Shown piece after piece: positions 10,393-21,456 of a stretch of DNA of 64,000 nt. Origin of the DNA: an uncultured Gammaproteobacteria bacterium. Its GTDB lineage: Bacteria; Pseudomonadota; Gammaproteobacteria; Steroidobacterales; Steroidobacteraceae. The first letter of the stretch is position 1. Each line of letters begins with the position of its first letter. The stretch is from contig CAWBDY010000005.1 of assembly GCA_963787655.1 (NCBI GenBank), forward strand, positions 505,495 to 569,494, written 5' to 3'. The position numbers and the translations under genes are program-made. The notes beneath the pieces are model-generated. The model saw only the letters and a list, made by a program, of their open reading frames with translations, was not told where the DNA came from and ran no database searches.

Positions 10393-10770
10393 ATGAGCAC
10401 GGTCACACGCGTAACTGCCACACCTGCGGCGCTTGCGCTGATCCAGACGCTGCAGGAGCGTCACGGTCCGCTCCTGTTCCACCAGTCGGGCGGGTGCTGC
10501 GACGGCAGCTCGCCGATGTGCTTCCCACGCGGCGAGTTCCTGATCGGCGGCTCCGACGTGCTGCTCGGTGACATCGGCGGACAGCCTTTCTACATGAGCG
10601 AATCGCAGTTCGAGTATTGGATGCACACCCATCTGATCATCGACGTGGTGCCCGGACGCGGCGGCATGTTTTCGCTCGAGGGCCCGGAAGGCAAGCGCTT
10701 CCTGACACGTTCGCGGCTGTTCACGGACGAGGAGTTCGCGCAGCTGGCGCCCGTTACCCATGGCGGGTGA
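10393..10770 (+). CDS. DUF779 domain protein
   Basis: Motif FHQSGGCCDGSSPMCF. It occupies the usual position immediately downstream of an AldB-type dehydrogenase. Confidence 0.8.
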   Translation: MSTVTRVTATPAALALIQTLQERHGPLLFHQSGGCCDGSSPMCFPRGEFLIGGSDVLLGDIGGQPFYMSESQFEYWMHTHLIIDVVPGRGGMFSLEGPEGKRFLTRSRLFTDEEFAQLAPVTHGG

Positions 10771-10788
10771 TTGCCGGCGCTGAAGAGC

Positions 10789-12435
10789 TCAGCGCGGCTT
10801 GCCGCGCACGGGTAGCTCGGCGGCCACGTAATGCGTGACGCGCGGCGCTGCAGTGAGCAGGCGGCGCGTGCTTTCCTCGACAACCCGATCGGCCTGCGTC
10901 ACGCGCTGATGCTGGCGCCGGTGCTCCAGCCACGAGTCCACCAGAAACGTCTCGAGGATGGTGTCCGGCGCGGAAGCATTCTGAAACACCGTCCAGGCAT
11001 AGGCGCCATCGCGCCGGCGTTCCCGTCCCAGGTCTTCGAGAGCGGCCAGCAGCGCGGTGCGCTGCTGTGGCACGACCTGGTATTCCACCGTCACCAATAC
11101 CGGTCCTGCATCCTGCGCGACACCTGCGGCCAGCACCGGTTCAGGCCAGTGCATCGAGGGGGTGAGGTCGGCCGCGGGACCCGAGTGCAGGTGCCAGCCG
11201 CGTGTCAGGAACATCGCGAGCAGCGCGCCGGCGCCGGCCAGATAGTGCGCCTGCGGTACGCCGAGGTGCGTGGCGAGGTAGCCCCACACGAAACTGCCGA
11301 GGCTCATGGTGCCGAAGAACACGCTGACGTAGGCGGCGAGCCCGCGGCCGCGTACCCACTCGGGCAGCGATTCCTGTGCCGACACGTTCAGGCTCGCCAG
11401 CACGACGATCCAGGAGACGCCGGCGAGCATGCAGGCGAACACCGCGAGCCACGCCTGCGTGGCGACACCGAACAGCAGCAGCGCGGCCGCGGTGCCGGCC
11501 TCGCCGAGCATGACGGCCGCGTCTGCCCCGGCTTTGCCGCGCGCCCGCGGCAGCAGCAGCGCACCTCCCACCGCGCCCGCGCCGATGGCGGCGAGCAGCA
11601 CGCCGTAGAGGGTCGGGCCGCCGTGCAGCTGGCCGCGGGCCAGCACCGGCAGCAGCGCCCAGTAGGCGCTGGCAAACAGGAAGAAGCCGACCGCACGCAC
11701 CAGTGTGGCGCGCAGCGCGCGGTTGTTGCGCGCATAGCGCACGCCGGCGCGCATGGCGCTGGTCAGATGTTCGGCCGGCAGGGCGTGTGCTGCCCGCACC
11801 GGCGCACGCCACCACAGGATCACGGCGATCACGCCGATATTGCTGACGGCGTCCAGCCAGAAAGGCGCGGCGATGCCGAAACTGAGGATGATGAAGCCGG
11901 CGAGTGCCGGCCCGATCACGCGGCTGATGTTGACGCCGACACTGTTGCTGGCGATGGCCGACGGCAGCGCCTGCGGCGGCACCAGCATGGGCACAATGGC
12001 CTGCCAGGCCGGGGTTTCCAGTGCGCCAAGAATGCCGACGAGAAAAGTGAACAGCAGCAGCGCCTGTGGATTGACCATGTGCCGCGTCACCAGCAGCGCG
12101 AACAGCGCGGAAAAAAGCGTGGTCAGAATCTCCAGCGTGAGGATGAAGCGGCGCTTGTCGATCATGTCGGCCAGCGCGCCGGCCGGCAGGGCGAACAGGA
12201 ACAGCGGCAGGCTGGTGGCGACCTGCACCAGCGACACCACCAGCGGACTCGGGCTGAGGCTCGTCATCAGCCAGCCGGACGCGGCGCTGTACATCCACGA
12301 GCCGATGTTCGACACCACCGTGGCGATCCACAGCAAGCGGAATACGCTGTAACGCAGCGCGCTCCAGGCCCCCGCAGGCTGGCTGCCGCTCACGGGCGGC
12401 AGCCGTGCCGGCGCCTCAGCCGGGGCACCCGCCAT
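10789..12435 (-). CDS. MFS transporter with a C-terminal soluble extension of about 100 aa
   Basis: About 12 TM helices (FRLLWIATVVSNIGSWMY...). The C-terminal non-membrane tail VLVTVEYQVVPQQRTALLAALEDLGRERRRDGAYAWTVFQ resembles an ABM/Dabb fold. Confidence 0.8.
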   Translation of the reverse strand: MAGAPAEAPARLPPVSGSQPAGAWSALRYSVFRLLWIATVVSNIGSWMYSAASGWLMTSLSPSPLVVSLVQVATSLPLFLFALPAGALADMIDKRRFILTLEILTTLFSALFALLVTRHMVNPQALLLFTFLVGILGALETPAWQAIVPMLVPPQALPSAIASNSVGVNISRVIGPALAGFIILSFGIAAPFWLDAVSNIGVIAVILWWRAPVRAAHALPAEHLTSAMRAGVRYARNNRALRATLVRAVGFFLFASAYWALLPVLARGQLHGGPTLYGVLLAAIGAGAVGGALLLPRARGKAGADAAVMLGEAGTAAALLLFGVATQAWLAVFACMLAGVSWIVVLASLNVSAQESLPEWVRGRGLAAYVSVFFGTMSLGSFVWGYLATHLGVPQAHYLAGAGALLAMFLTRGWHLHSGPAADLTPSMHWPEPVLAAGVAQDAGPVLVTVEYQVVPQQRTALLAALEDLGRERRRDGAYAWTVFQNASAPDTILETFLVDSWLEHRRQHQRVTQADRVVEESTRRLLTAAPRVTHYVAAELPVRGKPR

Positions 12436-12575
12436 GGTCGCGGTTCAACGCAGCCTCGGTTGCGGCTCACGGCACTCATGTCTCCCCGGCTGTTGCACCA
12501 ACAGGATGCGACTTGACTCGTCTGCGCCGCGCGCCATAGTCGCTGTCTGGTTATTGTACGGTCACGGGAGATTTC

Positions 12576-12785
12576 ATGAAGATCAGCGCGCGCAATGTCT
12601 TCGCCGGCACCATCAGCGCGGTCGTGCGCGGACCGGTCAGTACCGAGGTCACCCTGCAACTGGCTAAGGGCATCGATATCGTATCCGTGATCACGAGTCA
12701 CTCGGCCCGCCGTCTCAAGCTCAAGAAGGGCAAACGCGCCTACGCGCTGATCAAGGCCGACAGCGTCATCGTCGGGGTGGACTGA
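12576..12785 (+). CDS. Molybdopterin-binding (Mop/TOBE) protein
   Basis: 69 aa, MKISARNVFAGTISAVVRGPVSTEV...IKADSVIVGV, the typical single TOBE domain. Confidence 0.8.
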   Translation: MKISARNVFAGTISAVVRGPVSTEVTLQLAKGIDIVSVITSHSARRLKLKKGKRAYALIKADSVIVGVD

Positions 12786-12809
12786 CGGCAGGCTGCCCTC
12801 GCGCGGCGC

Positions 12810-13337
12810 TTAGGGGCCGGGCGAGCGGCTGAGGGCGAGCTTCACGGTCGCGGACTGCGCGCCGCTGAATTGCAGCGTCAGGGGCGTGTTGGCCGGCAGT
12901 TCGAACTCGACGATCTTGTGCGGCGCGCTGCAGCCAGCACGTCCCTGGAAGTCGCGCGCGGCGAGCGCCCCGCCGTTGGCCAGCACGTCGATCCACAGCG
13001 GCGCATCGAGCGAGATACGGTAGCTGCTGGCCTGCGCCACGGTCACACGCGCCAGCCCCGCGTAGGGACCGTCGGCGCTGCGGTGCTTGCCCGGCGCAAC
13101 CACAAAACTGACCTGCGCCTGGGGCAACAGCTGCAGCGCGTAGAGATGCTCACCCGCCAGTGCCGGCGCCGCAGCGAGCTTGGCGGCGGCGGCGACGGTC
13201 TGCGGCGCAGCGGCGAACAGCTCGCGCTCGTGGTGCACGTCCCAGGTAAAAGCGGCGCACGGATCATCGGCGGCCGCCGTGGTACTCAGCGGCAGCACCA
13301 GCCATCCAACCACCAAAGCCGAGGCAAGCGTACGCAT
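12810..13337 (-). CDS. Secreted hypothetical protein
   Basis: N-terminal signal peptide MRTLASALVVGWLVLPLSTTAAA. I recognised no family. Confidence 0.6.
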   Translation of the reverse strand: MRTLASALVVGWLVLPLSTTAAADDPCAAFTWDVHHERELFAAAPQTVAAAAKLAAAPALAGEHLYALQLLPQAQVSFVVAPGKHRSADGPYAGLARVTVAQASSYRISLDAPLWIDVLANGGALAARDFQGRAGCSAPHKIVEFELPANTPLTLQFSGAQSATVKLALSRSPGP

Positions 13338-13384
13338 GCGCCGATCCTAGCAGGGGCGCCGGCGGTGCGGCGGTTGGCGCGCTT

Positions 13385-15578
13385 TCAGGCCGCCGAGGTG
13401 TCGGCAGGCGTTGCCGGGTCCACCGACACGAACAGCAGCGAGCAGGGCGCGCGTGCCAGCATCGCGGCCGCCAGCTCACCGAAGAACAGCTGGTCGCTGG
13501 CGCGCGGGGTCACTCCCATGACGAGCAGATCGTGCCGGTGGCTGCGCAGCTGTTCGAGAATGGCATTCTGCGCATTCCCGCGACGTACCTGAGTGTCCAC
13601 CGTGACCCCGTACGGGGCGGCCAGTTCGCGCACGTCGCGCAGGGCGGCGACGCCGGTGTTCGGCGGCGCCACCGCGCGACCGACGCGCCGGTGCCAGGGC
13701 AGGCCGGATCTGCTGGCGCCCAGATAGAGCGCGGTGAGCGAACCGCGCGACGCCTGCGCGAGTGCGACGGCCAGCTCCGCCGCCTGGCGCGAGACCCGTG
13801 TGCCACTCACCGGGACCAGGATGTTCAAGCGTCCGCTGGGCGAGGCTGCCCGCTGGATGCCACGCGCCACCACGATCGCGAACGCACCGGCGAAGCGCGC
13901 CGCGCTGCGGGTGATCTGCAGGTCGAACTCGCCGCCGCTGGCGGCCGGCTCGCGCCCCAGGAGCAGCAGGTCGTAACCCTTTCTGGCCTCGGCGGCAATG
14001 GCGTTTTCGCAGGCATCCGGTTCGCCCGGAGCGCGTCGTGATGACCACCTGGCCGGCGGCGTCGGCGGCCGCCTCGTCGCCGGTGGCAGCGCCGGCCCGG
14101 GCCGCCGCGTTGGCGCGCTCGGCGGAAGTCTCGTTGAGCACCGCCGGTCCGCCGGGCGATTCCAGGTGCAGCACCGTGGCCGGCAGACGCCGCACGCCGG
14201 CGAGCAGGCCGCCCAGGTGCGAGGCCAACTCGCCGCTCGGGCTGGCATCGACGGCCACCAGCATGCGCTCGAGCTCGCCGAACAGACCGCGCCCCTCCAG
14301 TTCTTCGCGCTCGATCCGTGCCTGCTCGGCGGCGCTCATCGGCAGGCGTGCGAGCGCCCAGCGCAACATCGGCGGCATGGCCATGGTCGTCACGACGGCC
14401 ATGGCGACGATCGCGGTGAACAGGGACTCGCTCAGTGCGCCGAGCGACAACCCGATCGATGCGACGATGATCTCGGTCGAGCCGCGCGCGTTCATGCCGC
14501 AGCCCACGGCGAACGATTCGGCGTAAGTCAGGCCGCCGACGCGGCCGCCGACGAACGCGCCGATGAATTTGCCGGCGCTCGCGAGCACGATCAGGGTGCC
14601 GGTCAGCAGCAGCAGCTGCGGTTTGGCGAGCGCACCCAGGTCGGTGCTGAGCCCTGCCAGCGCAAAGAACACCGGCATGAACAGCGCGACGATCAGGCCG
14701 CGCAGCTGCGCATCGATGCGCGTCGTCAGCATCGGCGCCTGCCCGATGAGGACGCCGGCGATGAACGCCCCCAGTACCAGGTGCACGCCGATCGCGTTGG
14801 TCAGGAGCGCCATGAGTCCTGCGATCACCACGATGGTGGTGCAGGTGGCCATCTCGCTCGTCAGGCTGTCGTTGGACCAGCGAATGACCTGGTAGACCAC
14901 GCGCCGGCCGATCGTGAAGCTGAGCGTGAGGAAGATGACGGTGCCGAGCAGGCTGCCGGTCACGGCGGCGAAGTCGATCCTGCCGCGCACCGCGAGGCTG
15001 AAGATGACCGAGACGATGAGCCAGCCGATGGTGTCGTCAAGGATCGAGGCGGCGATGATTACCTGGCCGACGGTGCGCCGCACGAAGCCAAGGTCGCGCA
15101 CCACCAGCGCCACGATCTTCACCGAGCAGATGGACAGTGCGGTGCCGAGAAACAGCGTGGTGATCAGGCGCTGCTGCGGGCCGGGCAGCAGTGACTCGGG
15201 CAGGAAGATGCCGAGCGTCACGCCGCAGGCGAAAGGCACCACGATGCCCGCGAGCGAGATGCTCAGCGCCGGGCGTCGCGCGGTGCGGAACACCGACAGG
15301 TCGGTCTCCATGCCCGTCATGAGCAGCAGCAGCAGTATGCCGAGCTGCGCCACCGCATCCAGCATGGCCTTGGCGGTGACGCCCGCCGGGAAAAGAGCGT
15401 GGTAGACAGAGGGTGCGAGGTACCCCAACACCGAGGGACCGAGCAGCACGCCGGCAAGGATCTGGCCGATGACCGGCGGCTGACCGACGCGCTGCATCAG
15501 TTCGCCCATCAGGCGCCCGGCAATCAGCAGCGCCACGATCTGCGTGATGAAGACTACGACGGCCGCTTCATGCGCCAT
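13385..15578 (-). pseudogene. CPA2 (Kef-type) cation:proton antiporter fused to tandem universal-stress-protein domains; frameshift near 14040
   Basis: ORF 13476..15578 carries the antiporter (GQILAGVLLGPSVLG...) and the first USP domain up to ...AAGQVVITTR. ORF 13385..14248 continues with APGEPDACENAIAAEARKGYDLLLLG and a second USP domain (LNILVPVSGT..., HDLLVMG). Confidence 0.8.
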
Positions 15579-15741
15579 GCTCAGCTTTCAGTGTGTGCGC
15601 GGACGCTGTCGTCTCGCGCGCGACCCGTTGAATCGTGCAGCGCGCTTCGCGGCCGGCCCGCAAAACGCGCTCCTTATATATACGCTGCCGCTCGCGCCAT
15701 GCGACATATTCCGTCGCGGGCGCTGAGCTGCCTTGCCGCGC

Positions 15742-16843
15742 CTAGCCGTAGGCGGCCGCGGCGCGCGCCAGAATCGATTCCTCGTCGGCGGCGATCACAT
15801 CGACACGTACCGCCGATGCTTCCGCACTGATGCAGGCGTTGCCGCCGCACGCCGCGGCGTTCAGTTTCTCATCCAGGAGGATGCCGGCCCAGGCGAGGTT
15901 CGTCAGGGCACGCTCGCGCACCTGCGGCACGTGCTCACCAACGCCGCCGCCGAACACGATGCCGTCGCAGCCGCCGAGGACTGCAAGATAGGCGCCGAGG
16001 TACTTGCGCAGCCGGTAGCAATAGAGCTCCACGGCGAACTGCGACTGCGCGGCCGGATCCGCGGCGAGCTCGGCCGGATTCTTGTCCGTGCCGGAAATCC
16101 CGGCGAGTCCCGCGGCGTGGTTGAGGAGCGCGATCACCTCGTCCGCCGACTGGTTGAGCTGCCGCTGCAGATACGGCACCACGGCTGCATCCACATCTCC
16201 CGAGCGCGTGGCCATCACCAGGCCCTCCAGCGGCGAAAACCCCATCGAGGTGTCCACCGGTCGACCGCGGTCGATGGCGGCCGCCGAACAGCCGCCGCCG
16301 AGCTGCAGGGTGATGAGCCGCCCGCCCTGCGGCAGGTCCGGGCGCAGGGCGCACCAGCTGCGCCACAGGGATTCATGTGCCAGGCCGTGGAACCCGTAAC
16401 GCCGCACGCCGCGCGCCGATGCCCAATTCGACCGACAGCGCGTATTCTGCGGCGACCCGCGGCAGATCATGAAAGTAGGCTGTGTCGAAGACGCCAACGT
16501 GCACGCATGGCGCACCCCACAGGGCGCGCGCCGCGGCCAGCCAGCGCAGCGCCACCGGATTGTGCAGCGGCGCGAGCGGGGCCAGCGCCTCGATGCCCTT
16601 GACGACCGCATCGTCTATGCGCGTCGGCTGCACGAAGCGGGTGCCGCCGTGCACAATCCGGTGTGCAACGGCGCGCGGCGCGGCCGGCAGCTTGCGCGCG
16701 AGCGCCCCGAGCACCGCCTGCGGATCGAGTTCGTGTCCGGTATGGTGCTCGTCCTCGATACGACGCGGCTCGCCCGTCGCCTCGGCGTCGTAAAGCGCGA
16801 GCTTGACTGAGGTGCTGCCGCTGTTGATGGTGATAAGAGTCAT
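15742..16843 (-). pseudogene. ackA: Acetate kinase, frameshift near 16412
   Basis: ORF 16373..16843 reads [18 protein letters not shown]...VFDTAYFHDLP...YALSVELGIG. ORF 15742..16611 continues with GVRRYGFHGLAHESL...EGLVMATRSGDVD. The junction lies in a (GC)n run, GGC GCG-C-GGC GTG. Confidence 0.85.
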
Positions 16844-16939
16844 GTTGCGTACACGCGGTCAGGCTACTCTGCGGTACCGATGCTGGCGAGTCCGGACGCC
16901 AGGTGCCGTGGGCACGATGATGCGCTGTGGAGGCCGTTG

Positions 16940-19300
16940 ATGGATCGCACCCTCGCTCCTGAACTGCTGAACCGCATGGATGCCTATTGGCGCGCCGCCA
17001 ACTACCTGGCGGTCGGGCAGATCTATCTGCTCGCCAATCCCCTGCTGCGCGAGCCGCTGCAGGCGCAGCACATCAAGCCGCGCCTGCTGGGACACTGGGG
17101 CACGACGCCCGGTCAGAACTTCATCTACGTGCACCTCAATCGCATCATCCGCCAGTACGATCTCGACATGATCTACATCGCAGGTCCCGGGCACGGCGGC
17201 CCGGCGATCGTTGGCAATGTCTACCTCGAGGGCACCTACAGCGAGTTCTACCCGGAGATCAGTCAGGACGAGCAGGGCATGCAGCGCCTCTTCAGGCAGT
17301 TCTCCTTCCCCGGCGGAATTCCCAGTCACGTCGCGCCCGAAACGCCCGGCTCCATCCACGAAGGGGGTGAGCTCGGCTACTCGCTCACTCACGCCGCCGG
17401 TGCCGCCTTCGACAATCCCGGGCTGCTGGTGGCCTGTGTGATCGGTGATGGCGAGGCGGAGACCGGGCCGCTGGCGACCAGCTGGCACGGCAACAAGTTT
17501 CTCAATCCGGCCAGCGACGGCGCCGTGCTGCCGATCCTGCACCTGAACGGCTACAAGATCGCCAATCCCACGGTGCTCGCGCGCATTCCGGCCGAAGAGC
17601 TGCACGAGCTGCTGCGCGGCTACGGCTACGAACCTTACTTCGTCGAGGGCGATGAGCCGGCGTCGATGCACCAGTTGATGGCGACGACTCTCGATCGGGT
17701 CGTGGCTGCGATCCAGCAGATTCAGTCGCAGGCGCGCAGCGGCGCGGTGACCTCGCGGCCGCGCTGGCCGATGGTGGTGCTGCGCACGCCCAAGGGCTGG
17801 ACCGGCCCGAAGGTTGTTGATGGCCAGCAGGTGGAAGGCACGTTCCGCGCGCACCAGGTGCCGCTGGCCGAGGTGCGCACCAATCCGGCGCATCTGCAGC
17901 AGCTCGAGGCCTGGATGCGCAGCTACCGGGCCGCCGAACTGTTCGACGACAGCGGCAGGTTGCGCGGCGAACTGGCTGCGCTTGCCCCGAGCGGTGCGCG
18001 GCGCATGGGAGCGAACCCGCAGGCGAATGGTGGCCTGCGGCTGCGCGACATGCGCATGCCGGATTTTCGCGACTACGCGGTCACCGTCTCGGCACCGGGC
18101 GCGGCGGACGCCGAAGACACGCGCGTGCTGGGCACGATGCTGCGCGATGTGATCAAGCTCAATCAGCAGCCGCGCACCTTTCGCCTGTTCGGGCCGGACG
18201 AAACGGTCTCGAACCGGCTGCAGGCGGTATTCGAATCGACCGAGCGCCAGTGGATCGCGGCGACGGTGCCGGGTGATGATCATCTCGCGCTCCAGGGCAG
18301 CGTCATCGAGGTGTTGAGCGAGCATCTGTGCCAGGGCTGGCTGGAAGGCTACCTGCTGACCGGACGCCACGGGCTATTCAACTCCTACGAGGCGTTCATC
18401 CACATCGTCGATTCCATGTTCAACCAGCACGCCAAGTGGCTGAAGGTCACGCGGCAGATTCCCTGGCGGCGGCCGATCGCGTCCCTGAACTATCTTTTGA
18501 GCTCGCACGTCTGGCGCCAGGACCACAACGGCTTCACGCATCAGGACCCGGGCTTCATCGATCACGTGGTCAACAAGAAGGCCGACGTGATCCGCGTGTA
18601 CCTGCCGCCCGATGCCAACTGCCTGTTGTCAGTGGCTGATCACTGTCTGCGCAGCCGCAACTATGTGAACGTCGTCGTGGCCGGCAAGCATCCGGCGCCG
18701 CAGTGGCTCGACATGGAGGCCGCGGTGCGGCACTGCACGGCCGGCATCGGCATCTGGGAATGGGCCAGCACCGATCGCGGCGAGACGCCGGACCTGGTCA
18801 TGGCCTGCGCCGGGGACGTGCCGACGCTCGAGACCCTGGCTGCGGTCAAGCTGCTGCGCGGTTTCTTCCCGCAGCTGCGCATCCGCGTGGTGAACGTGGT
18901 GGACCTGATGAAGCTGCAACCCCCGAGCGAGCACCCCCACGGACTGCCCGACCCGGATTTCGATGCGCTGTTCACCCGCGACTGCCCGGTCATATTCGCC
19001 TTCCACGGCTACCCGTGGCTGATTCACCGGCTGACTTACCGTCGCGCCAATCACGACAACCTGCACGTGCGCGGCTACAAGGAAGAGGGCACCATCACGA
19101 CGCCGTTCGACATGACCGTGTTGAACGATCTCGACCGCTTTCACCTGGCGAGCGATGCGATCGACCGACTGCGCCACCCGCCGGCCAATGCGGACTACGT
19201 GCGGCAGGCGCTGCGCGACAAACTGACCGAGCACCGCGAATACATCATGCAGTACGGCGAGGACCTGCCGGAGATCCGGAACTGGCGTTGGGCCGACTGA
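16940..19300 (+). CDS. xfp: Phosphoketolase (xylulose-5-P/fructose-6-P phosphoketolase)
   Basis: Motifs seen: [54 protein letters not shown]. About 786 aa, intact, divergent from ackA. Confidence 0.92.
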   Translation: MDRTLAPELLNRMDAYWRAANYLAVGQIYLLANPLLREPLQAQHIKPRLLGHWGTTPGQNFIYVHLNRIIRQYDLDMIYIAGPGHGGPAIVGNVYLEGTYSEFYPEISQDEQGMQRLFRQFSFPGGIPSHVAPETPGSIHEGGELGYSLTHAAGAAFDNPGLLVACVIGDGEAETGPLATSWHGNKFLNPASDGAVLPILHLNGYKIANPTVLARIPAEELHELLRGYGYEPYFVEGDEPASMHQLMATTLDRVVAAIQQIQSQARSGAVTSRPRWPMVVLRTPKGWTGPKVVDGQQVEGTFRAHQVPLAEVRTNPAHLQQLEAWMRSYRAAELFDDSGRLRGELAALAPSGARRMGANPQANGGLRLRDMRMPDFRDYAVTVSAPGAADAEDTRVLGTMLRDVIKLNQQPRTFRLFGPDETVSNRLQAVFESTERQWIAATVPGDDHLALQGSVIEVLSEHLCQGWLEGYLLTGRHGLFNSYEAFIHIVDSMFNQHAKWLKVTRQIPWRRPIASLNYLLSSHVWRQDHNGFTHQDPGFIDHVVNKKADVIRVYLPPDANCLLSVADHCLRSRNYVNVVVAGKHPAPQWLDMEAAVRHCTAGIGIWEWASTDRGETPDLVMACAGDVPTLETLAAVKLLRGFFPQLRIRVVNVVDLMKLQPPSEHPHGLPDPDFDALFTRDCPVIFAFHGYPWLIHRLTYRRANHDNLHVRGYKEEGTITTPFDMTVLNDLDRFHLASDAIDRLRHPPANADYVRQALRDKLTEHREYIMQYGEDLPEIRNWRWAD

Positions 19301-19364
19301 AGCCGGCGCGCACGCTCGCCGCGCGCGCCCCGGCGACGCAACCGGCGGATTTCACGCAAACCTA

Positions 19365-20528
19365 TTGTCCTCGGCCGCGCTGCTGAAGAGAATTCAACAG
19401 GAACGCATCGGGCTTGAGCATCAGCTCGGCCGGCAAAGGCGAATTCAGTTGACGGACGAGCACTCATCACTGCTGCGGGAGCTGGCGCACGAGTTGCGGG
19501 ACGCCCTGAGCCCGATTCGGCCCGCGCTCGAGCTGCTGCGCTTGCGCAACTTCGATGCCGAGGCGAGCAAGAGCACGGCGCAGCGCGTCGAGCGGGGGCT
19601 CGAGCGAGCGCTGGCGACCATCGATGCCTTCGTGATCGCCGAGCAGTGCGAGAACGGCGCTGCGGCGCTGGCGCGCACGCCGGCGCCACTGCAGCAGCTG
19701 CTGGCGCGGGCGCACGAGGCTTTGGATCCGGCCACGCGCGGGCGCTGCACCTTGCCCGCAGCCGCTGTCGGCGCCCTGGTGCGCGTCGACGTCGAGCGCA
19801 CCGTGCAGGTGCTGAACAGCATGATGGAGCAGGCCGTCGCCCTGGCCGCGGCCGCCACACCGATCGAGCTGAGCACTCTTGTGCACAACTCCACTGCCGA
19901 GGTGCATGTCGTATTTGCAGTCGATGCGCAGGCCGCCGCGCCCGACGAGCGTTGCTTCGAGAGCTTCCGTGCGCGCGGCACGGGCCGCATGGCGCTGCGC
20001 ACCGCTCGCTACCTCATGCGCGCGCAGCAGGGCGAGCTGTCGCTCGCGACGCCGGCAGCTGGCCGCGCCGCACTGGTGGCGAGGTTCGAGGCTGCCGAGA
20101 ATGGGGCGGCAACGGCCCCGGCCGGGCGGGCGGCACCTTCGGCGGCGAAGCCCGACGCCGCGGCCGGCGCCGTACGGGTGCTGATCGTCGATGACAGCGC
20201 GGATGTTCGCCGCGCCTACCGGGAGGGGCTCACTGCGCTCGGCTACGCGGTGAGCGAAATGCCCGATGCCGAGCAGGCGCTGCACGCGCTCGCTGCACTC
20301 GCACCGCAGGTGGCGCTGATCGATATTCATCTGCCCGGCATGAACGGCTACCAGCTGGCGCGGGCGCTGCGGTCGCGCGCCGCAGAGCCGATATGCCTGG
20401 TGATGCTCAGCGGCATGACGCTCGATGCGACCATGCTGAGCCTGTCGAAAAGCGCAGGCTTCGACGATTGCTTCGACAAGGCTGCAGGGCCGCGCGCGCT
20501 GCACGCGCTGCTGCGCGGCCTGCTGTAA
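19365..20528 (+). CDS. Soluble hybrid histidine-kinase-like / response-regulator protein with a degenerate ATP-binding domain
   Basis: H-box ELAHELRDALSPI. The C-terminal receiver domain reads VLIVDDSADVRR...LIDIHLPGMNG. I found no TM or sensor domain and no DxGxG (G1 box) in the kinase core. Start codon (TTG in the track) is uncertain. Confidence 0.65.
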   Translation: MSSAALLKRIQQERIGLEHQLGRQRRIQLTDEHSSLLRELAHELRDALSPIRPALELLRLRNFDAEASKSTAQRVERGLERALATIDAFVIAEQCENGAAALARTPAPLQQLLARAHEALDPATRGRCTLPAAAVGALVRVDVERTVQVLNSMMEQAVALAAAATPIELSTLVHNSTAEVHVVFAVDAQAAAPDERCFESFRARGTGRMALRTARYLMRAQQGELSLATPAAGRAALVARFEAAENGAATAPAGRAAPSAAKPDAAAGAVRVLIVDDSADVRRAYREGLTALGYAVSEMPDAEQALHALAALAPQVALIDIHLPGMNGYQLARALRSRAAEPICLVMLSGMTLDATMLSLSKSAGFDDCFDKAAGPRALHALLRGLL

Positions 20529-20556
20529 GGGCTGCGCGGCTGCAGCAGCGCTCGCT

Positions 20557-21351
20557 TCAGGGATGCAGGTCGCGCAGCCTGCCGCCGAGTGCCGCAGATA
20601 CGCTGGCGATGAATGCTCCGACCAGCATCGACAGCGCGGTAATGATGGAAGTGGCAGCAGCGGCTTTGCGCGTCCCGTCGTCGCCGGAGGTACTCAGATC
20701 CGCAGGCCACAGGCTCTGCGCCTCATCCGCGGCGCGGGCGCCGTCGCCGGCCGGGGGCAGTTGCAGAGCAGCGGGGCGGTAGGCGCTCGCTGATTCCACG
20801 GCCGCGGGCCCATCCGGGAGCACCAGCCTGCGCCTCACGGCGCTGTCGGTCGCGGGCGCCGCTGCGGCAAATGCCGCGGCGGCGGAACGGGCAGAGCCTG
20901 CGCTGACCAGGCGCGTGTTGTGGCCATGTGACCCGGCTGTCACGTGGATGTGGCCGCCCGGGAACGTCGCAGAGGCCGATGCCAGGCCCGAAGCCATGAT
21001 CACGGTGGCCACGCACCAGGTGATGAATCCATGCGCCGTGTCGCGGAAGAACACCTCGTGCGTATGCGTGCTGACCCAGCGGGTACGCAGGCGGCCCGTC
21101 ATATAGCCGCCGAGCGCCGCCGAGATCCATTGCGTCACGACCAGCGCGATGCCCGTCAGCACGGTCAACGATGTGGCGCTGGTGGCCCGATCCGGCGCCA
21201 GCGCCGCAAGATCCAGTCCGGCTGTGAGCGCGAAGAGCACCAGCGACGACGCTACCGCGACGGCAGTGCCCGCCAAGATCGCGCTCCACGATACGGCAGA
21301 GGTGCTGCCGCCCGCCACCGCAATTGCGGTCGGGGATTTGATGTCATCCAT
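20557..21351 (-). CDS. Hypothetical integral membrane protein
   Basis: 264 aa with hydrophobic N- and C-terminal segments (WSAILAGTAVAVASSLVLFAL, IITALSMLVGAFIASVSAALGG) around an Ala-rich low-complexity middle. Confidence 0.6.
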   Translation of the reverse strand: MDDIKSPTAIAVAGGSTSAVSWSAILAGTAVAVASSLVLFALTAGLDLAALAPDRATSATSLTVLTGIALVVTQWISAALGGYMTGRLRTRWVSTHTHEVFFRDTAHGFITWCVATVIMASGLASASATFPGGHIHVTAGSHGHNTRLVSAGSARSAAAAFAAAAPATDSAVRRRLVLPDGPAAVESASAYRPAALQLPPAGDGARAADEAQSLWPADLSTSGDDGTRKAAAATSIITALSMLVGAFIASVSAALGGRLRDLHP

Positions 21352-21375
21352 GCTGGTGTGCGCCTTTACTTTGGT

Positions 21376-21456
21376 TTAGTGGTGAGTGCACAGAGCAAGC
21401 AGCAGGATTATCGGGATCGGCACACCGAGCAGCCACAATAAGATTCCGCGACCCAT
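21376..21456 (-). CDS. Candidate 26-aa single-TM micro-protein (MGRGILLWLLGVPIPIILLLALCTHH)
   Basis: My own translation; it falls below the ORF-track cutoff. ATG is preceded by GGGGAAC and it ends 24 nt upstream of the 20557..21351 start on the same strand. It uses several GC-poor codons (TTA, TTG, ATA), which lowers coding confidence. Confidence 0.4.
   Translation of the reverse strand: MGRGILLWLLGVPIPIILLLALCTHH

Noticed and set aside
10831-12516. Long antisense ORFs opposite real genes. Examples: 10831..12516, 16859..18370, 21919..23601, 36112..38115, 39389..40777, 46553..47887, 48807..50276, 50386..52005, 51357..52895, 54330..56021, 57662..58759, 60851..62137.
   Set aside because: Their translations are Arg/Ala/Gly/Pro-rich low-complexity sequence with no family motifs. 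They mirror genes with strong motifs on the other strand. This is the expected stop-codon-poor artefact of very GC-rich DNA.
12436-12575. Possible molybdenum-cofactor riboswitch or ModE box upstream of the Mop gene.
   Set aside because: I could not recognise the conserved Moco-riboswitch core or a TATAT-N-TAYAT type ModE site by eye. It would need a covariance-model scan (Rfam Moco_RNA_motif) to settle.
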